This document shows positions 1-9,482 of a DNA stretch of 32,000 bases, in pieces. The notes under the pieces are model-generated. The model saw only the letters and a list, made by a program, of their open reading frames with translations. It was not told the DNA's origin and searched no databases. The position numbers and the translations under genes are program-made. This stretch comes from Cupriavidus necator (GTDB lineage Bacteria; Pseudomonadota; Gammaproteobacteria; Burkholderiales; Burkholderiaceae). Position 1 is the stretch's first letter. Every line of letters begins with the position of its first letter. The stretch spans positions 2,880,555-2,912,554 of the forward strand of contig NZ_CP066019.1 in the NCBI RefSeq assembly GCF_016127575.1. The letters run 5' to 3'.

Positions 1-26
1 GCCAGCCATCGTCACAGGAAGGGAAC

Positions 27-2261
27 ATGAAAGTCGTTAACATGCATGGCAGCGTTCCGGATGCCGGGGACGAGGGGCGCGACCCGCTCGATTTGACCGT
101 CCATGTCGATGTGCTGTTGCGCTACCGCTGGACCTTTCTCGCTGTGGCAGGCATGTTCATCTGTGTCGGAATGCTCTATGCCCTCCTGGCGACGCCTCTC
201 TATCGCACCGACATCCTGGTGCAAGTGGAAGACATCAATGGCGATGCCAGCGCTGGCAGGCTGGCAACCAACATCTCGCCGATATTCGACGCCAAGCTGG
301 TTGCAGCGGCGGAGATTGAACTGCTGCGGTCCCGGATGGTGGTAGGAAAGGCGGTTGACGACCTGCGCCTCGATATCGAGGCCGCAGCACGCTATTTCCC
401 CCTGATCGGCCGGGGCCTCGCAAGCTTCAGTTCCGGCCTGTCCACGCCCGGCCTGTTCGGCTGGGGCGGCTTCGCGTGGGGCAAGGAATCGATCAGCGTG
501 GCCCGGCTCGAAGTACCGCCGCAGATGGAGGGGAGCAAGATCTACCTCACCGCGCTGGGGGGCAACCAGTTCCGTGTCACCTTTGACAGCGACGATACCA
601 AGGTGACGGGCACCGTGGGCTTGCCCCTGAAGATTGCTACGGGACGCGGCACGGTTACCCTGCTGGTCAGCCATCTCGATGGCCGCGCCGGCTGCAAATT
701 TGTGCTGCGCCGCCTGCCACGCGCCACCGCCATTGCCAGGCTGCAAGAACAGTTGATGATCTCTGAGCGCGGAAAGGAGAGCGGCGTGATCGGCGTATCG
801 TTGAATGGCAATTCGCCGACGATGATCGCGGCCATCCTCAATGAGATCGCCGGTGCGTACGTCGACCAGAACGTTCGCCGCAAAGCCGCCGAAGCGGAGA
901 AGTCACTCGCCTTCCTGGAGCAGCAATTGCCGCAGCTTCGAGAGCAGGTCGAGGAAGCCGAAACCCGCTACAACGCGATGCGTAGCCAGCGCGGCACGAT
1001 CGACCTGGGCGAGGAATCCAAGCTGGTCCTGGTTCAGTCGATGCAGATCCAGACCAGGCTGCAGGAGCTGCACCGGCAGCGCCAGGAGCTGGCCACGCGC
1101 TTTACCAACGGCCACCCGGCACTTGAAGCCATCGATGGCCAGATCGGTCGTCTCAACGCACAGATCAATGCCATTGCCGGGCAGATCCAGAAGCTTCCCG
1201 ACGTCGAGCAGCACGTGCTGCGCCTCATGCGCGATGTCAAGGTCAGCACTGAAATGCTGCAGTCCCTGCTCAATGACATCCAGCACCTCAAGCTGATCAA
1301 GGCCAGCAAGGTCGGTACCGCACGCCTGGTCGATCCCGCCGGCGTGCCGGTCAAGCCGGAGAGTCCCAACCGCCCACTGATCACCGGCCTATCCATAGTA
1401 CTCGGCCTCTTTGCGGGTCTACTGGTGATCATTGCGCGCCACTCGCTGGATGGCGGCGTCAACGACGCCGACGAGGTCGAGCGACAGACTGGCATGACCG
1501 TCTATTCGACCATTCCCTTCAGCGCACAGCAGGCACAGGTGCAGTCGGCGGGCATGGAGGATGCGGGCCTGCTGGCGCGCGTGATGCCTAAGGATCCTGC
1601 CATGGAGAGCCTGCGCATTTTCCGCACCGTACTGCAGTCCGCGCTGGCAGGCAGCGACAACCGTGTCGTTGTGATCAGCAGCCCGTCGCCGGGCGTCGGC
1701 AAGTCCTTCATCTGTGCCAACCTAGCCGCCATTGCCGCCAGCGGTTGCCGCGTGGTGCTGATCGACGCCGACCTGCGCCGCGGTGGCCTGCACCATTGCT
1801 TCGGCGTGCAGCGCAGCCCCGGTCTGGCCGACGTGCTGATGGGCATGCCGCCGGACCGGGCGTTGCGGCGTCAGGTGGTGAAGGGCCTTGATTTCATCGC
1901 GACCGGTATGGAAGCACCGCACGCGGCCGACATGCTGCAGAGCGCGGGCATGGGCGCCCTGCTCGATGCACTGAGGTCGCGCTATGACTTGGTTGTGATC
2001 GATACGCCACCGGTACTGGCTGCTGCCGACGCCGGCATTCTCGCCGGCAAGGCAGACGCGGTGTTTCTGGTGGCGCGCGCGGAAATGACAACCGCGGGCG
2101 AGCTGCGGGCCTCCCAACAGGCGATCCGCCGGGCGGGTGCCGAGGTCGAGGGCGTGCTGTTCAACGGTCCCCACGTCCAGGGCCGCTGGTATCGCTCGCA
2201 CAATCACTACGGCAAGTACCGCTATCTCAACGAGTACCGCTGCGCGGCGAAGCAGGCCTGA
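27..2261 (+). CDS. wzc: Polysaccharide co-polymerase / bacterial tyrosine autokinase (Wzc/EpsB type, PCP-2a)
   Basis: 744-aa ORF with an AGGAAGGGA Shine-Dalgarno just upstream of ATG 27. It has an N-terminal TM segment, a periplasmic region with a long coiled-coil stretch (LEQQLPQLREQVEEAETRYNAMR...) and a second TM (LITGLSIVLGLFAGLLVIIA). The C-terminal P-loop kinase shows VVVISSPSPGVGKSF (Walker A), VVLIDADLRRG (Walker A') and DLVVIDTPP (Walker B), followed by a Tyr-rich tail WYRSHNHYGKYRYLNEYR. Confidence 0.9.
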   Translation: MKVVNMHGSVPDAGDEGRDPLDLTVHVDVLLRYRWTFLAVAGMFICVGMLYALLATPLYRTDILVQVEDINGDASAGRLATNISPIFDAKLVAAAEIELLRSRMVVGKAVDDLRLDIEAAARYFPLIGRGLASFSSGLSTPGLFGWGGFAWGKESISVARLEVPPQMEGSKIYLTALGGNQFRVTFDSDDTKVTGTVGLPLKIATGRGTVTLLVSHLDGRAGCKFVLRRLPRATAIARLQEQLMISERGKESGVIGVSLNGNSPTMIAAILNEIAGAYVDQNVRRKAAEAEKSLAFLEQQLPQLREQVEEAETRYNAMRSQRGTIDLGEESKLVLVQSMQIQTRLQELHRQRQELATRFTNGHPALEAIDGQIGRLNAQINAIAGQIQKLPDVEQHVLRLMRDVKVSTEMLQSLLNDIQHLKLIKASKVGTARLVDPAGVPVKPESPNRPLITGLSIVLGLFAGLLVIIARHSLDGGVNDADEVERQTGMTVYSTIPFSAQQAQVQSAGMEDAGLLARVMPKDPAMESLRIFRTVLQSALAGSDNRVVVISSPSPGVGKSFICANLAAIAASGCRVVLIDADLRRGGLHHCFGVQRSPGLADVLMGMPPDRALRRQVVKGLDFIATGMEAPHAADMLQSAGMGALLDALRSRYDLVVIDTPPVLAAADAGILAGKADAVFLVARAEMTTAGELRASQQAIRRAGAEVEGVLFNGPHVQGRWYRSHNHYGKYRYLNEYRCAAKQA

Positions 2262-2353
2262 GCGCGGCACGTGGGGCACCCGGCGTCAGGTAGCGCAACT
2301 TTTTGCCAATCCGTCTCCTGGCGGCCACGAGTTCTGCGCAACGGTTCTGGCTG

Positions 2354-3352
2354 TTATTTTGCCTGGCGAAATACACCGCGAGCCATATGTAATGCTGCGA
2401 ACAACCGGTTTGAGATGTTGGAGAACGTGCGTTGCTGTCCTCCGCAGCTTCTTCTCACCGATTCAACAGACTGAATCATGCTGCCCTCGAAATCAAGGCA
2501 GTTTAATTTCAACTCGTTCCGGGTATATTGAATGGCATCCCAGATTAGTTTTATTCCGGCACCGCTTGTGCGCAGCTTCGGGTCCTCGCCGACCATGTGG
2601 ACATAAGAGGACTTCTGGTCCCACGTTAAATAAAGCGCGGAATGTATCTGGTTGTCATCGTCGACGGCCATGAAAATCTTTCTTGCATTTCTTTCCAGCA
2701 AGGCTTGGTCGTGTCTTTCTATAAAGCCAAAGGAATATGGCATTTTCATGCCCTGGCGATCAAAGGTCTTTTTGTTGATGGCGTAGAATTCTGATACATC
2801 ATTGGTGAAGCGTGTTTTGACAATTTTCTCTGCTTTGCGAATCTTGTTGCGCGCGGCGCTGTTGAACCGGCTGAAGACACCGTCCAGATCGGCGATGTCA
2901 TCGATAACGTAAGTGTAACGTACAGCCTCGGAAAATCCTTTCCAATAGAATGGCAATAGATTTCTGAGGGAATGATGAATATTGAAGCTAACGACATGTG
3001 ATTTTGGGAGCAGTGCCACGATTTCCCTGACTGCCTCCATTTCAAAATCAATGCGATTGTGCTCGGATATATTCGACGGATAATTTAGCCAGAGCTGAAA
3101 GCTTTGCGTCAACTTTGGCATCCTTTGAATTATGAGTGGCCCCCTGCGTTCGGTGTAGTAAGGGAGTGCGGCAATTGGCTTGTTATTCTTCATGACAATC
3201 GCCGCGTCCCATTCGCCATTCTGGCAGACCGAGTCAAGCCACCAGTCTTTGGATGAGATCGCTATCTGCGGATTTTCCGAGCATATGGTGCGATATGCCT
3301 TCCTGGTCTCGCTTTCAGCGGTGATAGCTGGCACGGGCTTGGTTTGGCTCAT
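2354..3352 (-). CDS. FemAB/BioF2-like GNAT-fold acyl- or aminoacyl-transferase (EPS-locus accessory transferase)
   Basis: 332-aa ORF with a GAGGA SD before the ATG (cat at 3350-3352). Codon and GC content are clearly AT-richer than the flanks (27/60 GC in lines 2701 and 3001, versus 42/60 in line 1681). The overall sequence resembles the Acetyltransf_6/FemAB-like proteins seen in polysaccharide loci. No catalytic motif was verified, so the function is tentative. Confidence 0.6.
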   Translation of the reverse strand: MSQTKPVPAITAESETRKAYRTICSENPQIAISSKDWWLDSVCQNGEWDAAIVMKNNKPIAALPYYTERRGPLIIQRMPKLTQSFQLWLNYPSNISEHNRIDFEMEAVREIVALLPKSHVVSFNIHHSLRNLLPFYWKGFSEAVRYTYVIDDIADLDGVFSRFNSAARNKIRKAEKIVKTRFTNDVSEFYAINKKTFDRQGMKMPYSFGFIERHDQALLERNARKIFMAVDDDNQIHSALYLTWDQKSSYVHMVGEDPKLRTSGAGIKLIWDAIQYTRNELKLNCLDFEGSMIQSVESVRRSCGGQQRTFSNISNRLFAALHMARGVFRQAK

Positions 3353-3551
3353 GATTCCTCACAACGCTCCATAGTTGGTTTCTCTCAGAAACACTCGCCT
3401 TGAGATATTGCCCCTGGCGGCCCCAGCATTTGCCTGCGAGGCCTTCCTTTTTTCGTTAAAGGAATTATTCCCGCGTGGTAGTGCGGTCGCAACGGGCCCG
3501 CGTGTGTCAGCGAACGCAGGATTGGCTCGCACTGGCTCATGCCGGTCGGCT

Positions 3552-5591
3552 TCAGCTCGCCTTGCTTGAATTCGACAGTGTTGCGAGTTGCGGGTCGGTG
3601 CCGATCTCCGGGGGCGGCTGCTGGCGCGATGCAACCCCGCGCAGTGCATGCTGCAACGGCTGGCTCGGCTCCCGCTGCGAGGGCGCCGCCACCTTGCGGC
3701 CCGGCGACTCCAGTGAGCTGTACGGCGCGTACTCGACTACCAGGCTCTGAATGACGGTCTGGATCTCGAGTTCGTCACGGGTATCGCAGGCGGCAAAGAG
3801 GCGCTCAAGCATCTCGTGCAACTCTGCCTCCGCGATGAGCGGTTCGTTCGAGCACAAGATGCGCTCATGCTCGCTGGCCGTCACCTCACCACCGATGAGG
3901 AGCTCTTCAAACAGCTTCTCTCCCGGGCGCAGCCCCACGACCTTGATCTCGATGTCCCCGGCGGGGTTCTTGCGCGTCTTTTCCGTCAGGCCGGACATCT
4001 CGATCATCGTGCGGGCCAGGTCGATGATGCGGACGGGCTTGCCCATGTCCAGCACGAAGACTTCCCCACCTTTGGCCATCGCGCCGGCCTGGATCACCAA
4101 CTGGGCTGCTTCGGGGATCAGCATGAAGAAGCGGATGACGTCCGGATGCGTGATCGTGACGGGCCCGCCCTCACGGATCTGTTTGCGGAACAGTGGTACC
4201 ACGGACCCGGATGAGCCCAGTACATTGCCGAAGCGCACCATCGCGAACGTTGTCCGCGTGTTGGGGCGCGTGGCTGCGGCTTGGAAAACGAGTTCCGCAA
4301 TGCGCTTGCTGGCGCCCATCACGTTGGTGGGCCGTACCGCCTTGTCGGTGGAAACCAGCACGCAGGTCTGAACGCCGAAATGGTCTGCCAGATCGGCAAT
4401 GGTCAGGGAGCCCAGCACATTGTTGCGGATCCCTTCGGGCATGTTCTTTTCGACCAGCGGCACATGCTTGTAGGCGGCGGCGTGATAGATGGTGTCGACC
4501 TGCTGGCCGCGCAGTGCGGCTGACACGGCAGTGGCGTCGCACACAGAGCCGATCCGCGCCGTGATCTGCAGGTCAGGGTAGCGCTGGCGCAGTTCCTGTT
4601 CGATCGCGTAGAGGGCATATTCGGAGTGGTCGAAGAGAATTAGGCGCTGGGGTTCCTGCGAAGCGATCTGACGGCACAGCTCCCTGCCGATGGAGCCACC
4701 CGCACCGGTCACCATGACCGTCTTGCGTTGCGTGCATTTGGCGAACAGGTCTACCCGTGGCGGGACGATGTCACGGCCCAGCAAGTCTTCCACGCTGATA
4801 TCCCGAATCGATTGCACGGTGATCTTGCGATCCACAAGCTCGAGAAGAGAGGGCAACGTGCGCACGCTGACCGAATAGCGGTGCAGCTTGTCGACGATCT
4901 GGCGGCGGCGCTCGATTGGCAGGGACGGAACGGCCAGTACGACTTCATTGATGGCGTGCCGCTGGATCTCCTTGCGCACGTGGTTGCTGTGATGGACTGG
5001 AAGGTCGGCAACGACCTTGCCCTCCAGCGCGAAGTCATCGTCGAAGAAGCAGACGGCCTTGTGGCCCAGGCTGGCGCGCATGGCGATGGCGAGCTGGAAG
5101 CCGGCCTCGCCGGCGCCGAATATCCCCACGCGCAAGCTGGCGCGCTCGTTGCGGGCCAGCAGGCTCTGCCGCGTGCGCGTCAGCAAGGCGCGCGCCACGA
5201 AGCGCGAGATCACGACATAGGAAAAGGCGATGAACCAGTAGATCAGCAGGCCGGTGCGAGGCAGCCGGTCGAGGTGCATGAGGAACGACAGCGCATAGGT
5301 GAGTCCGACGATGCCGGCCAGGCTGGTGCCGGTGGTCCAAAGGACTTTCAGGTCGAAATACCGGACGACGGTCCGATACAGTCCGCTGAGCGAAAACACG
5401 GGAATCGTGCAGGCGGCAATGATCAGCGGCGGCGTGATGCCGTACTGTGCCAGCAACTCGAAGTTGCCGGCGCGCAGGAATAGTGCGAAAGCAAAGCACA
5501 GCGGCAGCGCAAGCAGGTCCGCCGCAATCATCAGCGCGACTTTGCGACGTCTTGGCAGGGCAATCAGCCAGCGCGAGAGCGGTTTGGTCAT
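3552..5591 (-). CDS. Membrane-anchored NDP-sugar 4,6-dehydratase/epimerase (CapD/WbpM/PglF family)
   Basis: 679-aa ORF with a GGAGG SD about 11 nt upstream of the ATG (cat 5589-5591). It has N-terminal hydrophobic helices followed by Rossmann domains. The glycine loop MVTGAGGSIGRELCRQI and the family-typical HAAAYKHVPLVE motif are present. Confidence 0.9.
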   Translation of the reverse strand: MTKPLSRWLIALPRRRKVALMIAADLLALPLCFAFALFLRAGNFELLAQYGITPPLIIAACTIPVFSLSGLYRTVVRYFDLKVLWTTGTSLAGIVGLTYALSFLMHLDRLPRTGLLIYWFIAFSYVVISRFVARALLTRTRQSLLARNERASLRVGIFGAGEAGFQLAIAMRASLGHKAVCFFDDDFALEGKVVADLPVHHSNHVRKEIQRHAINEVVLAVPSLPIERRRQIVDKLHRYSVSVRTLPSLLELVDRKITVQSIRDISVEDLLGRDIVPPRVDLFAKCTQRKTVMVTGAGGSIGRELCRQIASQEPQRLILFDHSEYALYAIEQELRQRYPDLQITARIGSVCDATAVSAALRGQQVDTIYHAAAYKHVPLVEKNMPEGIRNNVLGSLTIADLADHFGVQTCVLVSTDKAVRPTNVMGASKRIAELVFQAAATRPNTRTTFAMVRFGNVLGSSGSVVPLFRKQIREGGPVTITHPDVIRFFMLIPEAAQLVIQAGAMAKGGEVFVLDMGKPVRIIDLARTMIEMSGLTEKTRKNPAGDIEIKVVGLRPGEKLFEELLIGGEVTASEHERILCSNEPLIAEAELHEMLERLFAACDTRDELEIQTVIQSLVVEYAPYSSLESPGRKVAAPSQREPSQPLQHALRGVASRQQPPPEIGTDPQLATLSNSSKAS

Positions 5592-6070
5592 TGGCCGGAA
5601 CCTCCGCGCACCAGAACGGGCAGGGGCCTGGCGGCGACCAGGCTGCGATAGGGACGCCCCATTTGCGGGGCGGACAAAGAAGGTTGCGCACGGTTATGCA
5701 TTGTCTTAAGGCTTCTTCTATGGGCAGCTCCACCGGCTGGTGGCCTCTGGAAGGGACATGCCCTTTCAGAGGCTTCCGATTTGCCCGTTTACCCGTCAGC
5801 GACTGGGTGCTTTCGACACCATTCCCGACTGAAACAATTATTGTTGTTGGTGCGTCCCTGGCAACGCAGCAGCGTGGGTTTGCGTACGCAGCGGCAGGTG
5901 GCGCAAAGGGCGTGGCGCCCGCCGCGCCCTTTGCGCCTTAGTTGAGTGATCCAGGCCACATGGCGGCCTTCACCTGCCCATGCAAGTCTGGTTAGATGGA
6001 TGCGTTCCCGGTACCCGGTCGGGTTCGTGCAGGGCACCCGCTCCGACTTTCATTACTGAGGTGGACCACC

Positions 6071-7324
6071 ATGCTGGATACCAGTTTTTCTCCCTGGCCA
6101 AGTTTCACTGCCGACGAGGCGGCTGCCGTGCAGAAGGTGCTGCTGTCGAACCGGGTGAACTACTGGACCGGCTCTGAATGCCGGAAGTTCGAGGAGGAAT
6201 TCGCCAGGTGGGCCGGGACGCCCTATGCGATCGCGCTGGCAAACGGGACACTTGCGCTCGATGTCGCGCTGAAGGCGCTGGACATTGGCCTTGGCGACGA
6301 GGTCGTGGTGACGCCGCGAACATTCATCGCCAGCATTTCAAGCGTGGTGAATGCGGGAGCAAAGCCGGTATTTGCAGACGTCGATCTTGCGAGCGGCAAT
6401 CTTTCCGCGGTGACGATCAGCAAGGTTCTGACGCCAAGGACGCGAGCCGTCATATGCGTGCACCTTGCCGGCATACCCTGCGACATGGACCCGATCATGG
6501 CGCTGGCGCGCGAGCACGGCATCAAGGTGATCGAGGATTGTGCCCAGGCACATGGTGCGCGCTACAAAGGGCGTTCGGTCGGCTCGATCGGGGACGTGGG
6601 TGCATGGTCCTTCTGCCAGGACAAGATTATGACCACCGGCGGCGAGGGCGGCATGGTGACGACCAGCGCGAGGGACCTCTGGCTGCGCATGTGGTCGTAC
6701 AAGGACCATGGCAAGAGCTGGGACGCTGTCTATGAGCGTCAGCACCCCCCGGGATTCCGGTGGTTGCACGAATCCTTCGGGACGAACTGGCGCATGATAG
6801 AAATGCAGGCGGTGATCGGGCGCATCCAGCTTGCGCGCATGAAGCAATGGACAGCGCAGCGCACTGCCAATGCGGAGGTCATTGCCGGCGCGCTTCGGCA
6901 ATGTGCTGCGGTCTGGTTGCCCGCCTGCCCACCGGATGCACAATCAGCCTGGTACAAGTTCTATGCATTCGTCCGCCCGGAATGGCTGAGGGATGGCTGG
7001 AGCCGTGACCGCATCGTGGCCGAGATCCAGGCAGGCGGCGTGCCCTGCTATGCGGGCGGCTGCTCGGAGGCTTATCTCGAGAAGGCGTTCGATTACACGG
7101 GCTGGCGCCCGCCGCACCGGTTGCCCAACGCCAGGCTGCTGGGTGAAAACAGCCTGATGCTGCTGGTGCATCCCACCCTGACCGACGCCGAGATTGCCCT
7201 GACTGCGCAGGTGCTGCGCGAGGTCATGCTTCGTGCAACGCTGCCGACCGGTGCCGGGCGGGACGCCGACGGCGGGGTGGTGCCCGGCCTGGCGCAGGAC
7301 TGCGCGGGCGCCATGCGGCGATGA
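6071..7324 (+). CDS. DegT/DnrJ/EryC1/StrS-family PLP-dependent sugar aminotransferase
   Basis: The PLP-lysine context SFCQDKIMTTGGEGGMV is typical of the family. The preferred start is ATG 6071 with a GAGGTGG SD. The ORF-track start at 5996 would add 25 residues that do not look conserved. The stop overlaps the next start (ATGATG at 7321-7326). Confidence 0.88.
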   Translation: MLDTSFSPWPSFTADEAAAVQKVLLSNRVNYWTGSECRKFEEEFARWAGTPYAIALANGTLALDVALKALDIGLGDEVVVTPRTFIASISSVVNAGAKPVFADVDLASGNLSAVTISKVLTPRTRAVICVHLAGIPCDMDPIMALAREHGIKVIEDCAQAHGARYKGRSVGSIGDVGAWSFCQDKIMTTGGEGGMVTTSARDLWLRMWSYKDHGKSWDAVYERQHPPGFRWLHESFGTNWRMIEMQAVIGRIQLARMKQWTAQRTANAEVIAGALRQCAAVWLPACPPDAQSAWYKFYAFVRPEWLRDGWSRDRIVAEIQAGGVPCYAGGCSEAYLEKAFDYTGWRPPHRLPNARLLGENSLMLLVHPTLTDAEIALTAQVLREVMLRATLPTGAGRDADGGVVPGLAQDCAGAMRR

Positions 7325-8070
7325 TGCACTGGCCGTCGCTGATCCAGCTTGGCACCATTACCTTGCTGGTGCCCGTTGCGCTGGTCATTGCGCTAGCGCT
7401 GTCCGTGGGGGGCGCATGGCGCAGCGCGCTGCGATGGCTGGTGTCGTTCAGCCTTGGCGCCGCGCTGGTGGGGGCTGCCAAGTTCGCGTTTGATTACGGC
7501 GGCTGGTACCTGCCGCAGCTCGGCCTGTACAGTGTCAGCGGCCACGCCATGCTGACCGCGGCGACGTATCCGGTGCTGCTGATGCTGCTGGGTTCGGCGC
7601 TGAGCCCGCGCGTGGCACGCATCGGCTGGTTCGCGGGACTGGCGCTGGGGCTCGCGATGGCGGTGAAACTGGTGTCCGGCAATTACCACACGCTGTCCGA
7701 GACCTTGCTGGGTGGTGCGGTGGGGCTGGCGGTTGCGTGGCTGAATGCGGGCATCCGTATCCGCGGGCCGGCGCCGCAGATCGTGCTGGTGGCTGCGCTT
7801 GGCATCGGCGCCTTCGTCTTTGTCAATGTGCGCGGGTTGCTGTACCCGGTCAAGGCCGCAATGTGGGAGCACGCGGCACCGTGGCAGGACGGCACAGTGC
7901 GGCATTACCGGCAGATCGACGCCGATCCGGTGACGGGCGAGACCCGCATCACCGTGCGCAAGCGGTCGTGCCTGTCGAAGCGGGGCCGGCAGGCGCCGCG
8001 TTTACTCACACCATCGAAAACAGGAACATCTACCCGGACACCAAGCTTGCTCTCGACGCAAACTACATGA
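7321..8070 (+). CDS. Polytopic membrane protein, degenerate PAP2-like (possible lipid/undecaprenyl phosphate phosphatase)
   Basis: 249-aa ORF with 5-6 hydrophobic helices, translationally coupled to the aminotransferase gene. VSGH and YHTLSETLLG resemble PAP2 motifs 2 and 3 (PSGH, SRx5Hx3D), but motif 1 (Kx6RP) is not recognisable. Confidence 0.5.
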   Translation: MMHWPSLIQLGTITLLVPVALVIALALSVGGAWRSALRWLVSFSLGAALVGAAKFAFDYGGWYLPQLGLYSVSGHAMLTAATYPVLLMLLGSALSPRVARIGWFAGLALGLAMAVKLVSGNYHTLSETLLGGAVGLAVAWLNAGIRIRGPAPQIVLVAALGIGAFVFVNVRGLLYPVKAAMWEHAAPWQDGTVRHYRQIDADPVTGETRITVRKRSCLSKRGRQAPRLLTPSKTGTSTRTPSLLSTQTT

Positions 8071-8477
8071 TTGGGCACTCTCATCATCAGTTTAAAACAG
8101 AAAATGGCAGTTTTATTCCTTACAACAGCGGTGATGTGGGGCAGAACAGGTTGCACATTAGTATCATTAATTATCTGGTATTTTGCACCGACGAAAATCA
8201 GGTAGAGATGAGGTAGGCCGCATATGCAAGGGGCCGTATCGGGCTGGCGCCTGCCGTGCCCGGGGCAGAACGCCGCGCCGGCCGTTTGGCAGGCCGCTGA
8301 CCGCCTCGCGCCGTGCGGGGTTGCCTCCGCGGAAGCGCACGCTGCGTGTCGTGCATTCGTCTACCCTGAACCATTCCAGCGCGGCGCTGGCCGCCTCACC
8401 CCTCGAGTAGGTGCGCCGCCGCGCACGCGTGGGCGGGCAGCGCAGAAATGGGTACGCTCCCCGGGCCTGTGCGCTTG

Positions 8478-9404
8478 TCAGTCGCGCGGCAGCGGTGCGC
8501 CGAGGCCGGCGGCACCCTGGCGCCCGGCGGCTCGCGGGCCGCGCAGCAGCTGCCACAGGCAAGTCGCCGTGTCATAGAAGGTGCCGGCGCCGCGCAGACC
8601 CGCTGCGCGCAGATGGTGCGCAAGGTCGTGCGGCAGGGCCAACAGCAGGAACACTGCCGTCTTCAGTGGGTGCTGCGGGCCATGGTCATAGCGCCGGCAG
8701 GCCACATACAGTCGTGAGGCGTCGCTGGCGGAGCATGGCCGGTCGGCCGACACCGACGGCAAGCGCTGGTTGACTGCGCTCGGGACCATCTCGATGCGGT
8801 AGCCGAATTCCTGCACCGCGCGTCCGGCCAGTTCCAGGTCGTCGTAGCCGACGGCAAGGTGCTCGTCGAACGACAGGTTCTCGAACAGCTCGCGCGGGAA
8901 CACCGCGCTGTGCAACAGCACCGAGCACAGGCGCTCGCCGCGGCGGTAGTCCAGCGTCGGGTGGCCCAGGAACGCCGGCTTGCGCGGAACGCCGCGCCGC
9001 CCCTGGCAGACCTCGGTCCCGGTCAGGATGAGCGGCGTCGCGCAGCCGGCCGTGGCCCGCCGGAGATGGTCGTCGGCAACGGACTCGGTCATCTGCTGCA
9101 GGAAGGTTGCGCCCAGCAGCGTCTGGTCATCCAGGAACAGTACGTGCGAGCCGGTGGCCGCGCGCAGGGCGCGGTTGCGGTTGGCGGCCCTGGAGCGGCG
9201 CGGGCCTTCCAGATAGGTGATGTCCGGATAGTCCCGGCGCATCATCTCGCGCGTGTCGTAGCCGCTGCTGTCATCCGTGACGATGAGCTGGTGCGCCGGC
9301 ATGGTGGAATCAGCGACCGATTGCAGCGTGTGCCGCAGCTGCTCGGGATGGTCGCACGTGTAGATGCACACCGAAACGGTGGGCAGGAACGAGCTTGCCG
9401 GCAT
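8478..9404 (-). CDS. Family 2 glycosyltransferase
   Basis: N-terminal GT-A signature VSVCIYTCDHPEQLRHTLQSV...LIVTDDSSGYDT...RAANRNRALRAATGSHVLFLDDQ. The preferred start is ATG 9404 with a GGAGGGG SD. The track start at 9473 adds an Arg-rich extension. Confidence 0.8.
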   Translation of the reverse strand: MPASSFLPTVSVCIYTCDHPEQLRHTLQSVADSTMPAHQLIVTDDSSGYDTREMMRRDYPDITYLEGPRRSRAANRNRALRAATGSHVLFLDDQTLLGATFLQQMTESVADDHLRRATAGCATPLILTGTEVCQGRRGVPRKPAFLGHPTLDYRRGERLCSVLLHSAVFPRELFENLSFDEHLAVGYDDLELAGRAVQEFGYRIEMVPSAVNQRLPSVSADRPCSASDASRLYVACRRYDHGPQHPLKTAVFLLLALPHDLAHHLRAAGLRGAGTFYDTATCLWQLLRGPRAAGRQGAAGLGAPLPRD

Positions 9405-9482
9405 GGTGACCCCTCCAATGTTCGGCAGATGGCAGACACCTGCGCCGGCCCGTCTGGTGCGGGCGCGGCGCAAGGTCCTGAA

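Noticed and set aside
12-746. 244-aa minus-strand ORF at the window start
   Set aside because: It is antisense to the well-supported wzc-type gene and is Gly/Ala/Arg-rich.
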